Shown here piece after piece: positions 10,125 through 19,597 of a DNA stretch of 64,000 nucleotides. Numbering within the stretch: position 1 is the stretch's first letter; the number at the start of each line of letters is the position of its first letter. The position numbers and the translations under genes are program-made. Below the pieces are notes generated by a model, which made no database searches, was not told where the DNA came from, and was given only the letters and a program-made list of their open reading frames with translations. The DNA is from Halomonas sp. (lineage in GTDB: Bacteria; Pseudomonadota; Gammaproteobacteria; Pseudomonadales; Halomonadaceae): positions 4,234 to 68,233 of the forward strand of contig DATISN010000274.1 in the NCBI GenBank assembly GCA_035581765.1. Reading direction: 5' to 3'.

Positions 10125-12416
10125 TCAGTGGTGTTCCGCAGTAAGGGTATATCGCAAGGCATTGCGTCGGTCTCCTTCCTGAAGGCACGAACGACGAAAA
10201 GCCAGTCGCGCGGCGTTACCGACCACGCTGACGGAACTCAGGGCCATGGCCAGCACCGCGGCCTGGGGGGGAATCGGCATCCATACTGCCAGGGTCAATG
10301 CAAATCCATTGTAGAGCATCGAGAGTGCCAGGTTCTGGGTCATCACGCGCTGGGTGGCGCGAGCGGTATCGATCGCCACGCGCACTCCAGCAAGCCCGGG
10401 GCGGAGCAACTGAATGGCGGCGGCATCCGTCGCCTGTGTGCTGGCGCCGAGAGGCGATATGCCCAGCGTCGCGGCAGCCAGAGCAGGAGCGTCGTTGATG
10501 CCATCTCCGACGTACAGGGAGGGCCGCGGGAGCGCAGACACCAGGGCCAGCTTCTGTTCCGGCCGCCGCCCACCGAAACAGGCGTTCTCGACGAGCCCCA
10601 GGTCTCGCCCGAGCCGATGCACCAGAGGCACGCGATCACCGCTGATCAACGCCACGACGATTCCCTCCCGTCTCAACGAGTCCAGCAGTGGCGCGGCTGA
10701 AGCATCCGGTGTATCGGCGAGCCATAACGTCCCGAGCCAGCGGCGCCCCTGGGCCAGGTCGACACGGGTGAAGGTCGGATTGTCATCGGCACCGGGCGGC
10801 ACTGCGACCCCAAGTTCGGCCAGCCATTCCGGGGTGCCGATGCTCAGCCGCGTACGCTCCACGTCATCGTCGGCCGGTGGCGCCAGCCAGGCCATACGCC
10901 CACGACCGGGCCACTCCTCGACCCGCCAAGGCGCTTTTTCCAGCTCCAGTGGTTCGCCCTCCTCCATGGCATACCGCCGTATCGCCCGGCCCACCGGATG
11001 CTCGCTTCCCCACTCGAGGCGCGCAGCCAACCTCAACGTTTCCCGCTTGCTCAGTTCTGAAGCCGTCTTGACGTCCGCGACGGCCAGTTCGCCCAGCGTC
11101 AGGGTGCCGGTCTTGTCGAAGGCCACGGAGCGAGCATTACCGGCCATTTCCATGGCTGCGGGATCACGAAACACCACCCCCAGCTCCAATGCTCGGGCCG
11201 TTCCGGCAAGACAGGCCAAGGGCACGGCCAACCCCACCGCACAGGGACAGGCGACCACCAGCACCGAAAGCGCCCGTATCATGGCCTCGTCAGGTGGCAC
11301 TCCAAAGGCGAGCGTGACGCCCAGTGTTGCCAGCGCCAGAGCGAGTGCCAGTGGCGATAGCCAGGCGGCAAAACGCTCGGCCAGGGCGCGATGGCGGGTC
11401 TTGATGGCCTGAGCGCGCTGCATCTCGCGATAAAGCCTGTCCATGCGACACTCACCCGCCCGGGCGGTCACTGTCATGCTCAGGGCCTCGCCCCGATTAC
11501 GGGAACCAGCCACGACACGGTCGCCACGCGTCAGCTTTTGGCTGCGACTCTCTCCAGTGAGCGGCGAGAGATCAAGGCGTGCGGTGACATCGAGAAGCTC
11601 GCCATCCAGCGGGACCAAGTCCCCAGCGGCCACGCGAATATGCTCACCAGGCTCCACCTCGGAGGGGGCCACCCAGGCGTCGCCCGCCTCGCGCAGCACC
11701 TGTACGCGCTCGACAGTGGGCACTAGCGCCCGAAGCGCCCGCAATCCACGGTAACGCGCCAGGGTCTCGATCCAGCGCCCGGCCAGCAACAGCAAGATCA
11801 GCATCACGGCGGTATCGAAATACACCTCGGTCGCCCCGCGCCCTAACAACCAGACCGAGACGCCCAGCGCGGCAAAGACGCCCAGCGTTACCAGCGCATC
11901 CATGCCCGGCCAGCCGGCACGCGTTGTGCGCCAGGCGGCCAGGTAGAAAGGCAAACCGGCATAGCCGATCACCGGCAGGGCAAACGCCCCGGACACCCAG
12001 GCGAGGATAAGCTCCAGGCGAGGCTCGGGCATCGCGCCCACGTAGATCAACAACGAGGCCAACATGGTCCACATGCCAAACACCGCCGCCACGATCAGTC
12101 GTCCGGCCAGACGATGACTCTCGGCGTCCAGTCTTGCCTCTGCATCGGGCGCACGCTCCAGCGCACAGAGACGGTAGCCAAGCCTTGCCACCGGCCCCGC
12201 CAGGGCTTCCCGGCGAATCGCCCCGGGCTCACCTGCGATGAGAAGCGTGGCACTGACATAGTCGATCCCGACTCGGTTGACGCCCGGCAGGCCCATGAGT
12301 CGATGCTCGATCGCCAGCGCACAACCGCTGCACCACATCCCCTCGAGCGAGTAGAGGACTTCAGTGGCGGGCGCCGCGTCAACCAGCGCGACCGGCAACG
12401 TAGCGCGGGACGTCAT
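10125..12416 (-). CDS. P1B-type heavy-metal ATPase, probably Cu(I) (CcoI/FixI/CtpA-like)
   Basis: HMA motif GMWCSGC, TGES, CPC, DKTGT, SEHP, GDGIND, YN and MALSS transmembrane motifs; start taken at ATG 12416. Confidence 0.92.
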   Translation of the reverse strand: MTSRATLPVALVDAAPATEVLYSLEGMWCSGCALAIEHRLMGLPGVNRVGIDYVSATLLIAGEPGAIRREALAGPVARLGYRLCALERAPDAEARLDAESHRLAGRLIVAAVFGMWTMLASLLIYVGAMPEPRLELILAWVSGAFALPVIGYAGLPFYLAAWRTTRAGWPGMDALVTLGVFAALGVSVWLLGRGATEVYFDTAVMLILLLLAGRWIETLARYRGLRALRALVPTVERVQVLREAGDAWVAPSEVEPGEHIRVAAGDLVPLDGELLDVTARLDLSPLTGESRSQKLTRGDRVVAGSRNRGEALSMTVTARAGECRMDRLYREMQRAQAIKTRHRALAERFAAWLSPLALALALATLGVTLAFGVPPDEAMIRALSVLVVACPCAVGLAVPLACLAGTARALELGVVFRDPAAMEMAGNARSVAFDKTGTLTLGELAVADVKTASELSKRETLRLAARLEWGSEHPVGRAIRRYAMEEGEPLELEKAPWRVEEWPGRGRMAWLAPPADDDVERTRLSIGTPEWLAELGVAVPPGADDNPTFTRVDLAQGRRWLGTLWLADTPDASAAPLLDSLRREGIVVALISGDRVPLVHRLGRDLGLVENACFGGRRPEQKLALVSALPRPSLYVGDGINDAPALAAATLGISPLGASTQATDAAAIQLLRPGLAGVRVAIDTARATQRVMTQNLALSMLYNGFALTLAVWMPIPPQAAVLAMALSSVSVVGNAARLAFRRSCLQEGDRRNALRYTLTAEHH

Positions 12417-12432
12417 CGGACCAAGCCAACCG

Positions 12433-12789
12433 TCACAGACACGGTGGCAGCAGCAACAGCGGCAATCCGGCGAACGCCACACCGACCGTGGAAAAGAGAT
12501 ACAGCCCTCCCGCCAGCGCACTCATGTAACGCAACCTCCCCCGTTTGCGCCGGGCCGCCGCCATGCAGCGCTGCGTCAACCATGCAAGGAAACCCAGCGT
12601 CATCAGCGTCAGCACCCCCAGCACGAGGTTAAGGCCCGTCAACGCCCCTTGCTCGGGCGCGGGTGGCGCCACGGCACAGACCACCGACAGGCCACCGTAA
12701 ACCGTCACGAACCAGAGGCTCCAGATCGTCAGGCCCAGCACCAGTTGCATCGGATGCTCGGTTTCCAACCAGAGTACGCGGCGAATCAT
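12433..12789 (-). CDS. Small three-TM membrane protein of the oxidase operon
   Basis: 118 aa, hydrophobic; ATGA overlap with the subunit I stop. Confidence 0.75.
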   Translation of the reverse strand: MIRRVLWLETEHPMQLVLGLTIWSLWFVTVYGGLSVVCAVAPPAPEQGALTGLNLVLGVLTLMTLGFLAWLTQRCMAAARRKRGRLRYMSALAGGLYLFSTVGVAFAGLPLLLLPPCL

Positions 12790-15323
12790 GCCCCACCCCC
12801 GATCACTCTTGGCAATACGCCGAGTGACACCGCCAGGATGGCGTAAATGCCCAGTTGATAGCGCCAGAACAGCGCCACGACCCCAGGCTCCATGGGTAGG
12901 CGGGCACTCACGTAACCCAACGCCGCGCGACGGCCCTGCATCGCCATGAGCAGACTCGCCAGCAGGCCATGACCCAGCAGGTAGGCCAGCGACACCAGCA
13001 GAATGGCATCATGCGCATTGTCGGTCGGGGCGAGATCCGCTTGCCATAACAATGCCACCAGCAAGAGCACATGCAGCCCGCCTAGCGCGGCGATCATATA
13101 GAACGCCGGTGACAGTCGTGTCTCATCGCCGGCATACAACCGTCGCAGCCGGCGCTCCAACCACAGCACCCCCAGGGCAAAGGCGATCCCGGCGCCGATC
13201 AGCAGGATCGGGTCGAGCGGAGACTCCGCGGGCAATCGCCACTGGGGAGACACGCTCCAGAGATAGAACCAGCCGAACAGCAGCGAAAGAAAGAAGGCGC
13301 CGTCGGCCATCAGTGACACGCACATGGTGAAGCGGGCGGGACCGCCACGGGTACGCGAATGCAGTGGCGGCGAGGTCGCTTCATCGTCGCCCAAGGGCGC
13401 CGCGGCCGGGTGGCCGCCATTCTCCCATGACCAACGCAACAGCATCGCTACCGCCACCAGAAAGGCCCCCAACGCCAAGGGATACAGGCGCACCAACAGG
13501 CTGATGCAGACCACCGCCAGCACCAGGGCGGCGAACAGCGGCCACCAGCTGTTGGTGGGCAGATGAATCCTCTCGCGCACTCGTCCGGTGAGCACCTCGC
13601 CACCCAGTATTTCTCGGCGACCGTGACTCGCATCGGCCAGCGCATGCTCGCCCCTCGCCATTTCGTCACCGAGCGCCGGGTTATCCCAAAGCGGGTGGCG
13701 GCTCTTGATCGTCGGCAGGCTCGCAAAATTGTAAGGCGCCGGCGGCATCGACAGCCCCCATTCCAGCGTATCCGCCTCCCAGGGGTTGGGCGGCGCCGGA
13801 CGCCCGAAGCGCCAGTGCAACGCCAGATCGAGAAGCACCATGGCAATGCCAGCCGACATCATGAAGCCGCCGACGGACGAGATGAGGTTATAGATGTCCC
13901 AGCCCATGGCGCTGTCGTAGGTATAGACGCGCCGGGGCATGCCCAACAGGCCCGTCCAGTGCATGATCAGGAAGGTCAGGTTGAAGCCCAGAAAGGTCAG
14001 CCAGAATGCCCAGCGTCCCAGGCGCTCTGACGGCATGCGCCCGGAAACCAGCGGCAACCAGTAGACGAACCCAGCCATCAGTGGGAAGAACATTCCCCCC
14101 ACCAGCACATAGTGCATATGCGCCACCACGAAGTGGGTATCGTGAACTTGCCAGTTGAACGGGACCAGCGCCAGCATGACCCCGGTAAGCCCCCCGCACA
14201 CAAAAATGACCAGAAACCCCAGTATCCACAGCATCGGCAGGGACATCCGCGGCCGCCCCAGCCACAGGGTCGCCAACCATACGAACACCTGGATGGCGGT
14301 AGGCACCGCGACCAGCATGCTGGCCGCCGAAAAGAAGGCCTGGGCCAGATGCGGAATCCCCACGGTGAACATGTGGTGGACCCAGAGGCCGAAGCTGATG
14401 AAACCGGTGATGATGACCGCCGCCACCGCCCAGCCGTAGCCGACGATGGGTCGACGCGCGAAGACCGGAAGGAGGGTCGAGACGATCCCCGCCGCCGGCA
14501 GGAAGATGATGTAGACCTCGGGATGGCCGAACAGCCAGAACAGGTGCTGCCAGAGTATCGGGTCGCCCCCCTGCTCGACGATAAAAAATGGCATGCCCAC
14601 GGCGCGCTCCAGTTCCAGCAGCACGCTGCCGAAAATCAGCGGCGGGAATCCGACCACGATCATCAATGCCATGACGAGGATGTACCAGGCGAACAGCGGC
14701 ATGCGATGCAAGGCCATGCCGTCGGCGCGCGTGCGCAGAATCGACACCGTGAGTTCCACACCGGCCGACAGCGCCGAGATCTCGACGAAGGTGATGCCGA
14801 GCAACCAGAAGTCCGAGCCCTTGCCCGGCGAGTATTCGCCGCTGCTCAGCGGGGTATACATGAACCAGCCGCTGTCGGGCGCCATTTCCAGCGCCATGCT
14901 CGACAGCAGGATGATGCCGCCGAATAGGTAGCACCAGTAACCGAAGGCGGTGAGTCGCGGGCACAACAGGTCGCGAGTGCCGAGCATCTTGGGAATCAGG
15001 TAGATCGCCAGCCCCTCGAGAACGGGAATGGCGAACAGGAACATCATCACCGTGCCATGCATGGTGGTGACCTGGTGATAGATCTCCGGCGTCATGAACG
15101 CCTGACTCGGCAGCGCCAGCTGGGTGCGGATCAGCATCGCCAGCACCCCACCGACCAGGAAGAACACCAGTCCGGTGGCCATGAAGCGCAGGCCCAGCGT
15201 GCTGTGATTGACCACGGTCAGCGCTCGCAAGCCACGCGGGTTGCGCCAGACGACCTCGAGTTCGCGATGCAAGCGCGCGGCCTTGTCTCGCGCGTGATGA
15301 CCGGATGCCTGGGTGTCGCTCAT
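12786..15323 (-). CDS. ctaD: Heme-copper oxidase subunit I fused to a subunit-III-like C-terminal domain
   Basis: TMHG, WLFGHPEVY, WVHHMF, VVAHMHY, GMPRR; 845 aa with extra C-terminal TM helices. Confidence 0.93.
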   Translation of the reverse strand: MSDTQASGHHARDKAARLHRELEVVWRNPRGLRALTVVNHSTLGLRFMATGLVFFLVGGVLAMLIRTQLALPSQAFMTPEIYHQVTTMHGTVMMFLFAIPVLEGLAIYLIPKMLGTRDLLCPRLTAFGYWCYLFGGIILLSSMALEMAPDSGWFMYTPLSSGEYSPGKGSDFWLLGITFVEISALSAGVELTVSILRTRADGMALHRMPLFAWYILVMALMIVVGFPPLIFGSVLLELERAVGMPFFIVEQGGDPILWQHLFWLFGHPEVYIIFLPAAGIVSTLLPVFARRPIVGYGWAVAAVIITGFISFGLWVHHMFTVGIPHLAQAFFSAASMLVAVPTAIQVFVWLATLWLGRPRMSLPMLWILGFLVIFVCGGLTGVMLALVPFNWQVHDTHFVVAHMHYVLVGGMFFPLMAGFVYWLPLVSGRMPSERLGRWAFWLTFLGFNLTFLIMHWTGLLGMPRRVYTYDSAMGWDIYNLISSVGGFMMSAGIAMVLLDLALHWRFGRPAPPNPWEADTLEWGLSMPPAPYNFASLPTIKSRHPLWDNPALGDEMARGEHALADASHGRREILGGEVLTGRVRERIHLPTNSWWPLFAALVLAVVCISLLVRLYPLALGAFLVAVAMLLRWSWENGGHPAAAPLGDDEATSPPLHSRTRGGPARFTMCVSLMADGAFFLSLLFGWFYLWSVSPQWRLPAESPLDPILLIGAGIAFALGVLWLERRLRRLYAGDETRLSPAFYMIAALGGLHVLLLVALLWQADLAPTDNAHDAILLVSLAYLLGHGLLASLLMAMQGRRAALGYVSARLPMEPGVVALFWRYQLGIYAILAVSLGVLPRVIGGGA

Positions 15324-16339
15324 GGGGTCAGCGTCTCCAGCCAGCTGCCAAGACCTTCTAGGGTCTCGGCATCGAGGTGATCATGGACGGGCATCAGGTT
15401 GCCAGGCTTCAAGCGCTGATGGGCGACCAGCCAGCGCGCGATCGCGCCGTCTTCCATGGCCAGCACGCCGGCCCCCAGGGTGGCGCGACTGCCGATATCC
15501 GACAGGTCGGGGCCGACGGTGGCCTGTGACACACCCGCGACCCGATGGCATCGAGCGCAATGCTCGTTAAACGCCTCGCGGGCGGCTTGATGCTGCTCGC
15601 CTTCGCCCACGTCGGTGGGCGCCTGGCGTGCGCTCAGCCAAGTATCAAAATCCGCGGGCGGCATCGCCTCCACGTAGAGCTTCATATGTGCATGCTGGGT
15701 GCCGCAGAATTCGACACATTGGCCACCGAAGACACCCGGCTCGTCGGCCTGAAGACGGATGCGGTTGACGCGGCCGGGCAACATGTCGATCTTTCCGCCA
15801 AGTCGCGGTATCCAGAAGGCATGGATGACATCCCCCGCCGACACGTGAAAATCCACCGGCTCGCCAGCCGGCATGACCAATTGATTGGCGGTGATCACCT
15901 CGCCGTCACCGGTGTCGGGGTAGCGCACCTCCCACCACCATTGATGACCGATGACCTCTATGACTTGCGGCTCCTCACCCCCCGGCAATGGCAGGGTCAG
16001 CATGCGTTGCCCAACGGGTACGCCGAAGACAAGCAGAATCAGGATCGTCACACCAGGGAGCAACAGACCACCGCCAATGATCCAGCGTCGCGATAGACGT
16101 CGCACTTCCCCTTCGCTGCGCTCGCGGGGTTCGCGGCGTCGAAAGGCTGCCAGCCACAACCCGACCACCACGACAAACACCAACGTGAAGAAGCCCAGCA
16201 TACCCCACCATATCCAGGCAATATCGCGCGCGGCGGGGCCGGAAGGGGCCAGCATCGAGTAATCGCCGCTACAGCCGGCAAGCCCCAGCATGGCGGCTGC
16301 CAGTGACGGAAAGGTGCGCTTGACCCACCTGCGCCCGAG
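15320..16339 (-). CDS. ctaC: Cytochrome c oxidase subunit II with fused cytochrome c (caa3-type); proper start codon absent in this orientation
   Basis: LAGC lipobox, HQWWW, DVIHAFW, CuA motif CVEFCGTQHAHM, CARCH...MP; nearest in-frame ATG (16291) gives only MLGLAGC before the Cys. Confidence 0.9.
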   Translation of the reverse strand, partial: LGRRWVKRTFPSLAAAMLGLAGCSGDYSMLAPSGPAARDIAWIWWGMLGFFTLVFVVVVGLWLAAFRRREPRERSEGEVRRLSRRWIIGGGLLLPGVTILILLVFGVPVGQRMLTLPLPGGEEPQVIEVIGHQWWWEVRYPDTGDGEVITANQLVMPAGEPVDFHVSAGDVIHAFWIPRLGGKIDMLPGRVNRIRLQADEPGVFGGQCVEFCGTQHAHMKLYVEAMPPADFDTWLSARQAPTDVGEGEQHQAAREAFNEHCARCHRVAGVSQATVGPDLSDIGSRATLGAGVLAMEDGAIARWLVAHQRLKPGNLMPVHDHLDAETLEGLGSWLETLTP

Positions 16340-16850
16340 GCGTTGAATGCGAGCAGGGACATCATCGCGATCAAGGAGGATGGCATGACCATCATGACGC
16401 AGCGCTCGATCAAAAGCCGCGCCGCCATTGCCGGGCACCCCTTGCATCCGGTAATGATCCATTTTCCCGTGGCGGCACTGCTGGCGCTGGTCGCCAGTGA
16501 CCTGGGGTATCTCTATACCCAGGACCCCTTCTGGGCCAGGGCGTCGTTGTGGCTGGCGGGGGTTGGCGCCCTGGGCGGGTGGACAGCAAGCGTGGCGGGC
16601 GTCATCGACCTTATCAGCGTGAGACGCATCCGCCGACTGGTCACTGCCTGGAGCCACGCCATCGTCGCGATCCTGCTGCTGTCGCTGGCATCGCTGAACT
16701 GGCTGTGGCGCCTGAATGGCGAGGCCTTGCTGCCCTGGGGGCTGGTACTGACGTTGACCACGGCAGCGCTGATCGCGCTGGCCGGTTTTCTGGGTGGCCA
16801 GCTCGTCTACGATCATGCCGTCGGTGTCGACGTGGAGGAGTGACCCTCGG
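16335..16850. repeat. 6-bp inverted repeat pair CCGAGG (16335-16340) / CCTCGG (16845-16850) bounding an apparently inverted segment
   Basis: Inverting 16341-16844 makes DUF2231 co-directional with the operon and creates GTG ACC CTC GGG CGC AGG TGG in frame with ctaC. Confidence 0.75.
16385..16843 (+). CDS. DUF2231-family membrane protein
   Basis: AAGGAGG SD; IAGHPLHPVMIHFP, WSHA, GFLGGQLVYDHAVGV; four TM segments. Confidence 0.88.
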   Translation: MTIMTQRSIKSRAAIAGHPLHPVMIHFPVAALLALVASDLGYLYTQDPFWARASLWLAGVGALGGWTASVAGVIDLISVRRIRRLVTAWSHAIVAILLLSLASLNWLWRLNGEALLPWGLVLTLTTAALIALAGFLGGQLVYDHAVGVDVEE

Positions 16851-16890
16851 CAGTGCGACATCCATGCTCTCCCTGTCGGCCTGTCGTCCA

Positions 16891-17313
16891 TTACAGATCG
16901 GGCTTGGCCAGTACCAGGCCGACCGCGACCAACATACTCAACCCGGCCATCATGCTGGTCACCAGCGCCATGAGTCCCACACCCCCGTGATGCCCATTTT
17001 CCAGACGCGTGAGCAACAAGGCACAGGTGACATGAGCCGCTATCATGACGGCCACCGCCAGTAGCTTGAGCACCAGCCAGCTGCTGGCGATGTTGTTGAG
17101 CAGGAACAGCAAGGTTCCCGAGATGATGGCGACCAGCGCCGCCGGGGTGGCGACACTGTTGTAGAGGAAACGCGGCATGAATGGCGCATCAATCGCAAAG
17201 GCGGGAGCGTCGGGCGTGACACGCGCCGATTGGGCGATCATGGCCGGCAAGTAGAGCAGTGTGCCGCACCAGCTGATCAGTGCCACGATATGAAGGATCT
17301 TGATCCAGGGCAT
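16891..17313 (-). CDS. HemJ/CopD-like (UPF0093-like) membrane protein
   Basis: MPWIKILHIVALISW..LLYLP, WLVLKL..V, LAKP C-terminus. Confidence 0.75.
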   Translation of the reverse strand: MPWIKILHIVALISWCGTLLYLPAMIAQSARVTPDAPAFAIDAPFMPRFLYNSVATPAALVAIISGTLLFLLNNIASSWLVLKLLAVAVMIAAHVTCALLLTRLENGHHGGVGLMALVTSMMAGLSMLVAVGLVLAKPDL

Positions 17314-17423
17314 GGGGATCCTTGCGCTAGTCGCCCAACGGCACGATCGTCGACGGGCCCCTTCTTACCCTAGACGAACCTCATTCAACCCACCAGTTCC
17401 CAATGCCCGGACCCAGGCGGAAA

Positions 17424-19013
17424 TCAATACTGACCCTGGCTTCTCAGGTAATCGTCGTAGCCCCCCGTGAAATCGGTGATTCCGCCGCCGCTCATATCGA
17501 GGATACGGGTGGCGAGCGACGAGACGAACTCGCGGTCATGACTGACGAATATCAGCGTGCCGGGATAGTGCTCGAGTGCCAGGTTAAGCGCCTCGATGGA
17601 CTCCATGTCCAAGTGGTTCGTGGGTTCATCCATCAGCAACACGTTGGGACGTGTCAACGCCAGCTTGCCGAACAGCATGCGGCCCTGCTCGCCCCCGGAA
17701 ATCACCTTGACCGACTTGCCGATATCATCGCCCGAGAACAGCATGCGTCCCAGGGCGCCGCGAATCACCTGCTCGCCGCCCGTGGTCCATTGCGCCATCC
17801 ATTCATAGAGCGTGGCCGGGTTGGCAAAGTCATCGGTATGATCCTGGCCGAAGACGCCGATGTCGGCGCTGTCGGTCCAGCGGACCGCCCCGGCCAAGGG
17901 CGACAACTCGCCGGCCAGCGTCTTGAGCAGTGTGGTCTTGCCGATGCCGTTGGGCCCGATGATCGCGATGCGCTCGCCGGCCTCGACGGTCATGCTCAGC
18001 CCCTCGAACAGTGGCGCCTCGCCTGCATAGCCTTGGCTCAACGCCTCGACATTGACCGCGTTGCGGTGAATCTTCTTGCTCTGCTCGAAGCGAATGAAGG
18101 GGCTGATCCGGCTCGAGGGTTTGATGTCTTCGAGCTTGATCTTGTCGATCTGACGGGCGCGCGACGTCGCCTGTTTGGCCTTGGAGGCATTGGCCGAGAA
18201 GCGGCTGACGAAGGCTTGAAGCTCGGAAATCTGGGCCTTCTTCTTGGCGTTATCGGCATGCTGGCGTTCGCGAACCGCCGTGGCAGCGATCATGTACTCG
18301 TCGTAGTTGCCGGGGAACAACGTGATTTCACCATAGTCCAGGTCCGCCATGTGCGTGCAGACACTGTTGAGAAAGTGACGGTCGTGGGAAATGATAATCA
18401 TCGTGCCGCTGCGGGCCGTCAACACGTTCTCCAGCCAGCGGATGGTGTTGATGTCCAGGTGGTTGGTCGGCTCGTCAAGAAGCAGCACATCGGGGTCGGA
18501 AAACAGGGCCTGAGCCAGCAGAACCCGCAGCTTCCAGCCGGGTGCCACTTCGCTCATCGGACCGGAATGCTGCTCGATCGGAATGCCCAGGCCAACCAAC
18601 AGCTCGGCGGCACGCGACTCCGCCGTATAACCATCGAGTTCGGCGAAACGCACTTCGAGATCGGCCACGGCCATGCCGTCGGCCTCGCTCATCTCAGCCA
18701 GCGAATAGATGCGCTCGCGCTCGGCCGCCACCTGCCACAGATCATGGTTGCCCATGATCACGGTATCGATGACACGCTCGGCCTCGAAGGCAAACTGGTC
18801 CTGTCGCAGCTTGCCGAGTCGGGCGCCCGACTCAACCATCACCTGGCCGGACGAGGGCTCCAGATCGCCGCCGAGAATCTTCATGAAGGTGGATTTTCCG
18901 CAGCCGTTGGCACCGATCAATCCGTAGCGGTGACCGCTACCGAACTTGATGGAAACGTTCTCGAACAGGGGCTTGGCCCCAAATTGCATGGTGATATTGG
19001 CCGTGGAGATCAA
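17424..19013 (-). CDS. ybiT: ABC-F family ATPase
   Basis: Two Walker A motifs ([18 protein letters not shown]), two DEPTNHLD, no TM segments; TTG start giving [12 protein letters not shown]. Confidence 0.92.
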   Translation of the reverse strand: MISTANITMQFGAKPLFENVSIKFGSGHRYGLIGANGCGKSTFMKILGGDLEPSSGQVMVESGARLGKLRQDQFAFEAERVIDTVIMGNHDLWQVAAERERIYSLAEMSEADGMAVADLEVRFAELDGYTAESRAAELLVGLGIPIEQHSGPMSEVAPGWKLRVLLAQALFSDPDVLLLDEPTNHLDINTIRWLENVLTARSGTMIIISHDRHFLNSVCTHMADLDYGEITLFPGNYDEYMIAATAVRERQHADNAKKKAQISELQAFVSRFSANASKAKQATSRARQIDKIKLEDIKPSSRISPFIRFEQSKKIHRNAVNVEALSQGYAGEAPLFEGLSMTVEAGERIAIIGPNGIGKTTLLKTLAGELSPLAGAVRWTDSADIGVFGQDHTDDFANPATLYEWMAQWTTGGEQVIRGALGRMLFSGDDIGKSVKVISGGEQGRMLFGKLALTRPNVLLMDEPTNHLDMESIEALNLALEHYPGTLIFVSHDREFVSSLATRILDMSGGGITDFTGGYDDYLRSQGQY

Positions 19014-19099
19014 GGAAAGGACCCGGTCGATGCATGAAGGGGTCGCGATTGTACCGGTTATGGCCACGCGTCACACCCTTCGCCGGCAGGCAGACAAGC

Positions 19100-19133
19100 A
19101 GCGGCCCCGGCAGGAATACCCGCCGGGGCCGCT
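19100..19133. terminator. GC-rich hairpin, probable terminator
   Basis: AGCGGCCCCGGC-N10-GCCGGGGCCGCT downstream of the GIY-YIG-like gene; U-tract weak. Confidence 0.55.
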
Positions 19134-19155
19134 TGTGCTTCTCGGCATACCTCGC

Positions 19156-19587
19156 TCAGTCGTTACGTTCCACGGTGAAGATGCTTTGCAGCTTGTGCTT
19201 GTTGCCGTAGATATGCACCGTCGTCTCGTCGAAAGGGAAACGGTCCAGGTAGGGACTCTTGCCGTTAAAGCGCGGCTTATGGGCGTTGATCATCGCTGCT
19301 GCCAGTCGCTCGCGGTTGGCGCTTCCGCAGAGGCCCACCGAATACCAAAGCGCCTCGCCAGGTTGCAGGAAGGCCTGCCATTTTTCCCGGGCCTCGTCAT
19401 GCTGAAGCCCATAGCGAGCGCTGCGGTGCTCGCCCACGTAGAGCAGTTCCTGGACATCCATCTCCTCGCTTTCGGGATCCCTCGCGGCACGGAAGACACA
19501 GTAGATGCCGGACTCGTCGGGCGCCTCGCGCAATTGCGCCTCCGTCCAGTGGCCTAGCATCTTGGGGGAGAGAATTTGTTCGGTCAT
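19156..19587 (-). CDS. GIY-YIG-like protein with degenerate catalytic residues
   Basis: SGIYCVF...LLYVGE...HKPRFN; GAGGAGG SD before ATG 19587. Confidence 0.7.
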   Translation of the reverse strand: MTEQILSPKMLGHWTEAQLREAPDESGIYCVFRAARDPESEEMDVQELLYVGEHRSARYGLQHDEAREKWQAFLQPGEALWYSVGLCGSANRERLAAAMINAHKPRFNGKSPYLDRFPFDETTVHIYGNKHKLQSIFTVERND

Positions 19588-19597
19588 CGCGGCCTCC

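Noticed and set aside
12417-12521. Cys-rich N-terminal extension (CRCCCCHRVC) on the P1B ATPase ORF
   Set aside because: It overlaps the upstream membrane gene in another frame and arises from Leu-codon repeats; ATG 12416 is the more plausible start
17371-17400. ECF-sigma-like promoter GGAACT...CGTCTA upstream of the hemJ-like gene
   Set aside because: The spacer is longer than typical for RpoE/AlgU promoters; it cannot be supported without TSS data
10125-17424. Oxidase module as a mobile element
   Set aside because: I saw no integrase, transposase, tRNA target or flanking direct repeats
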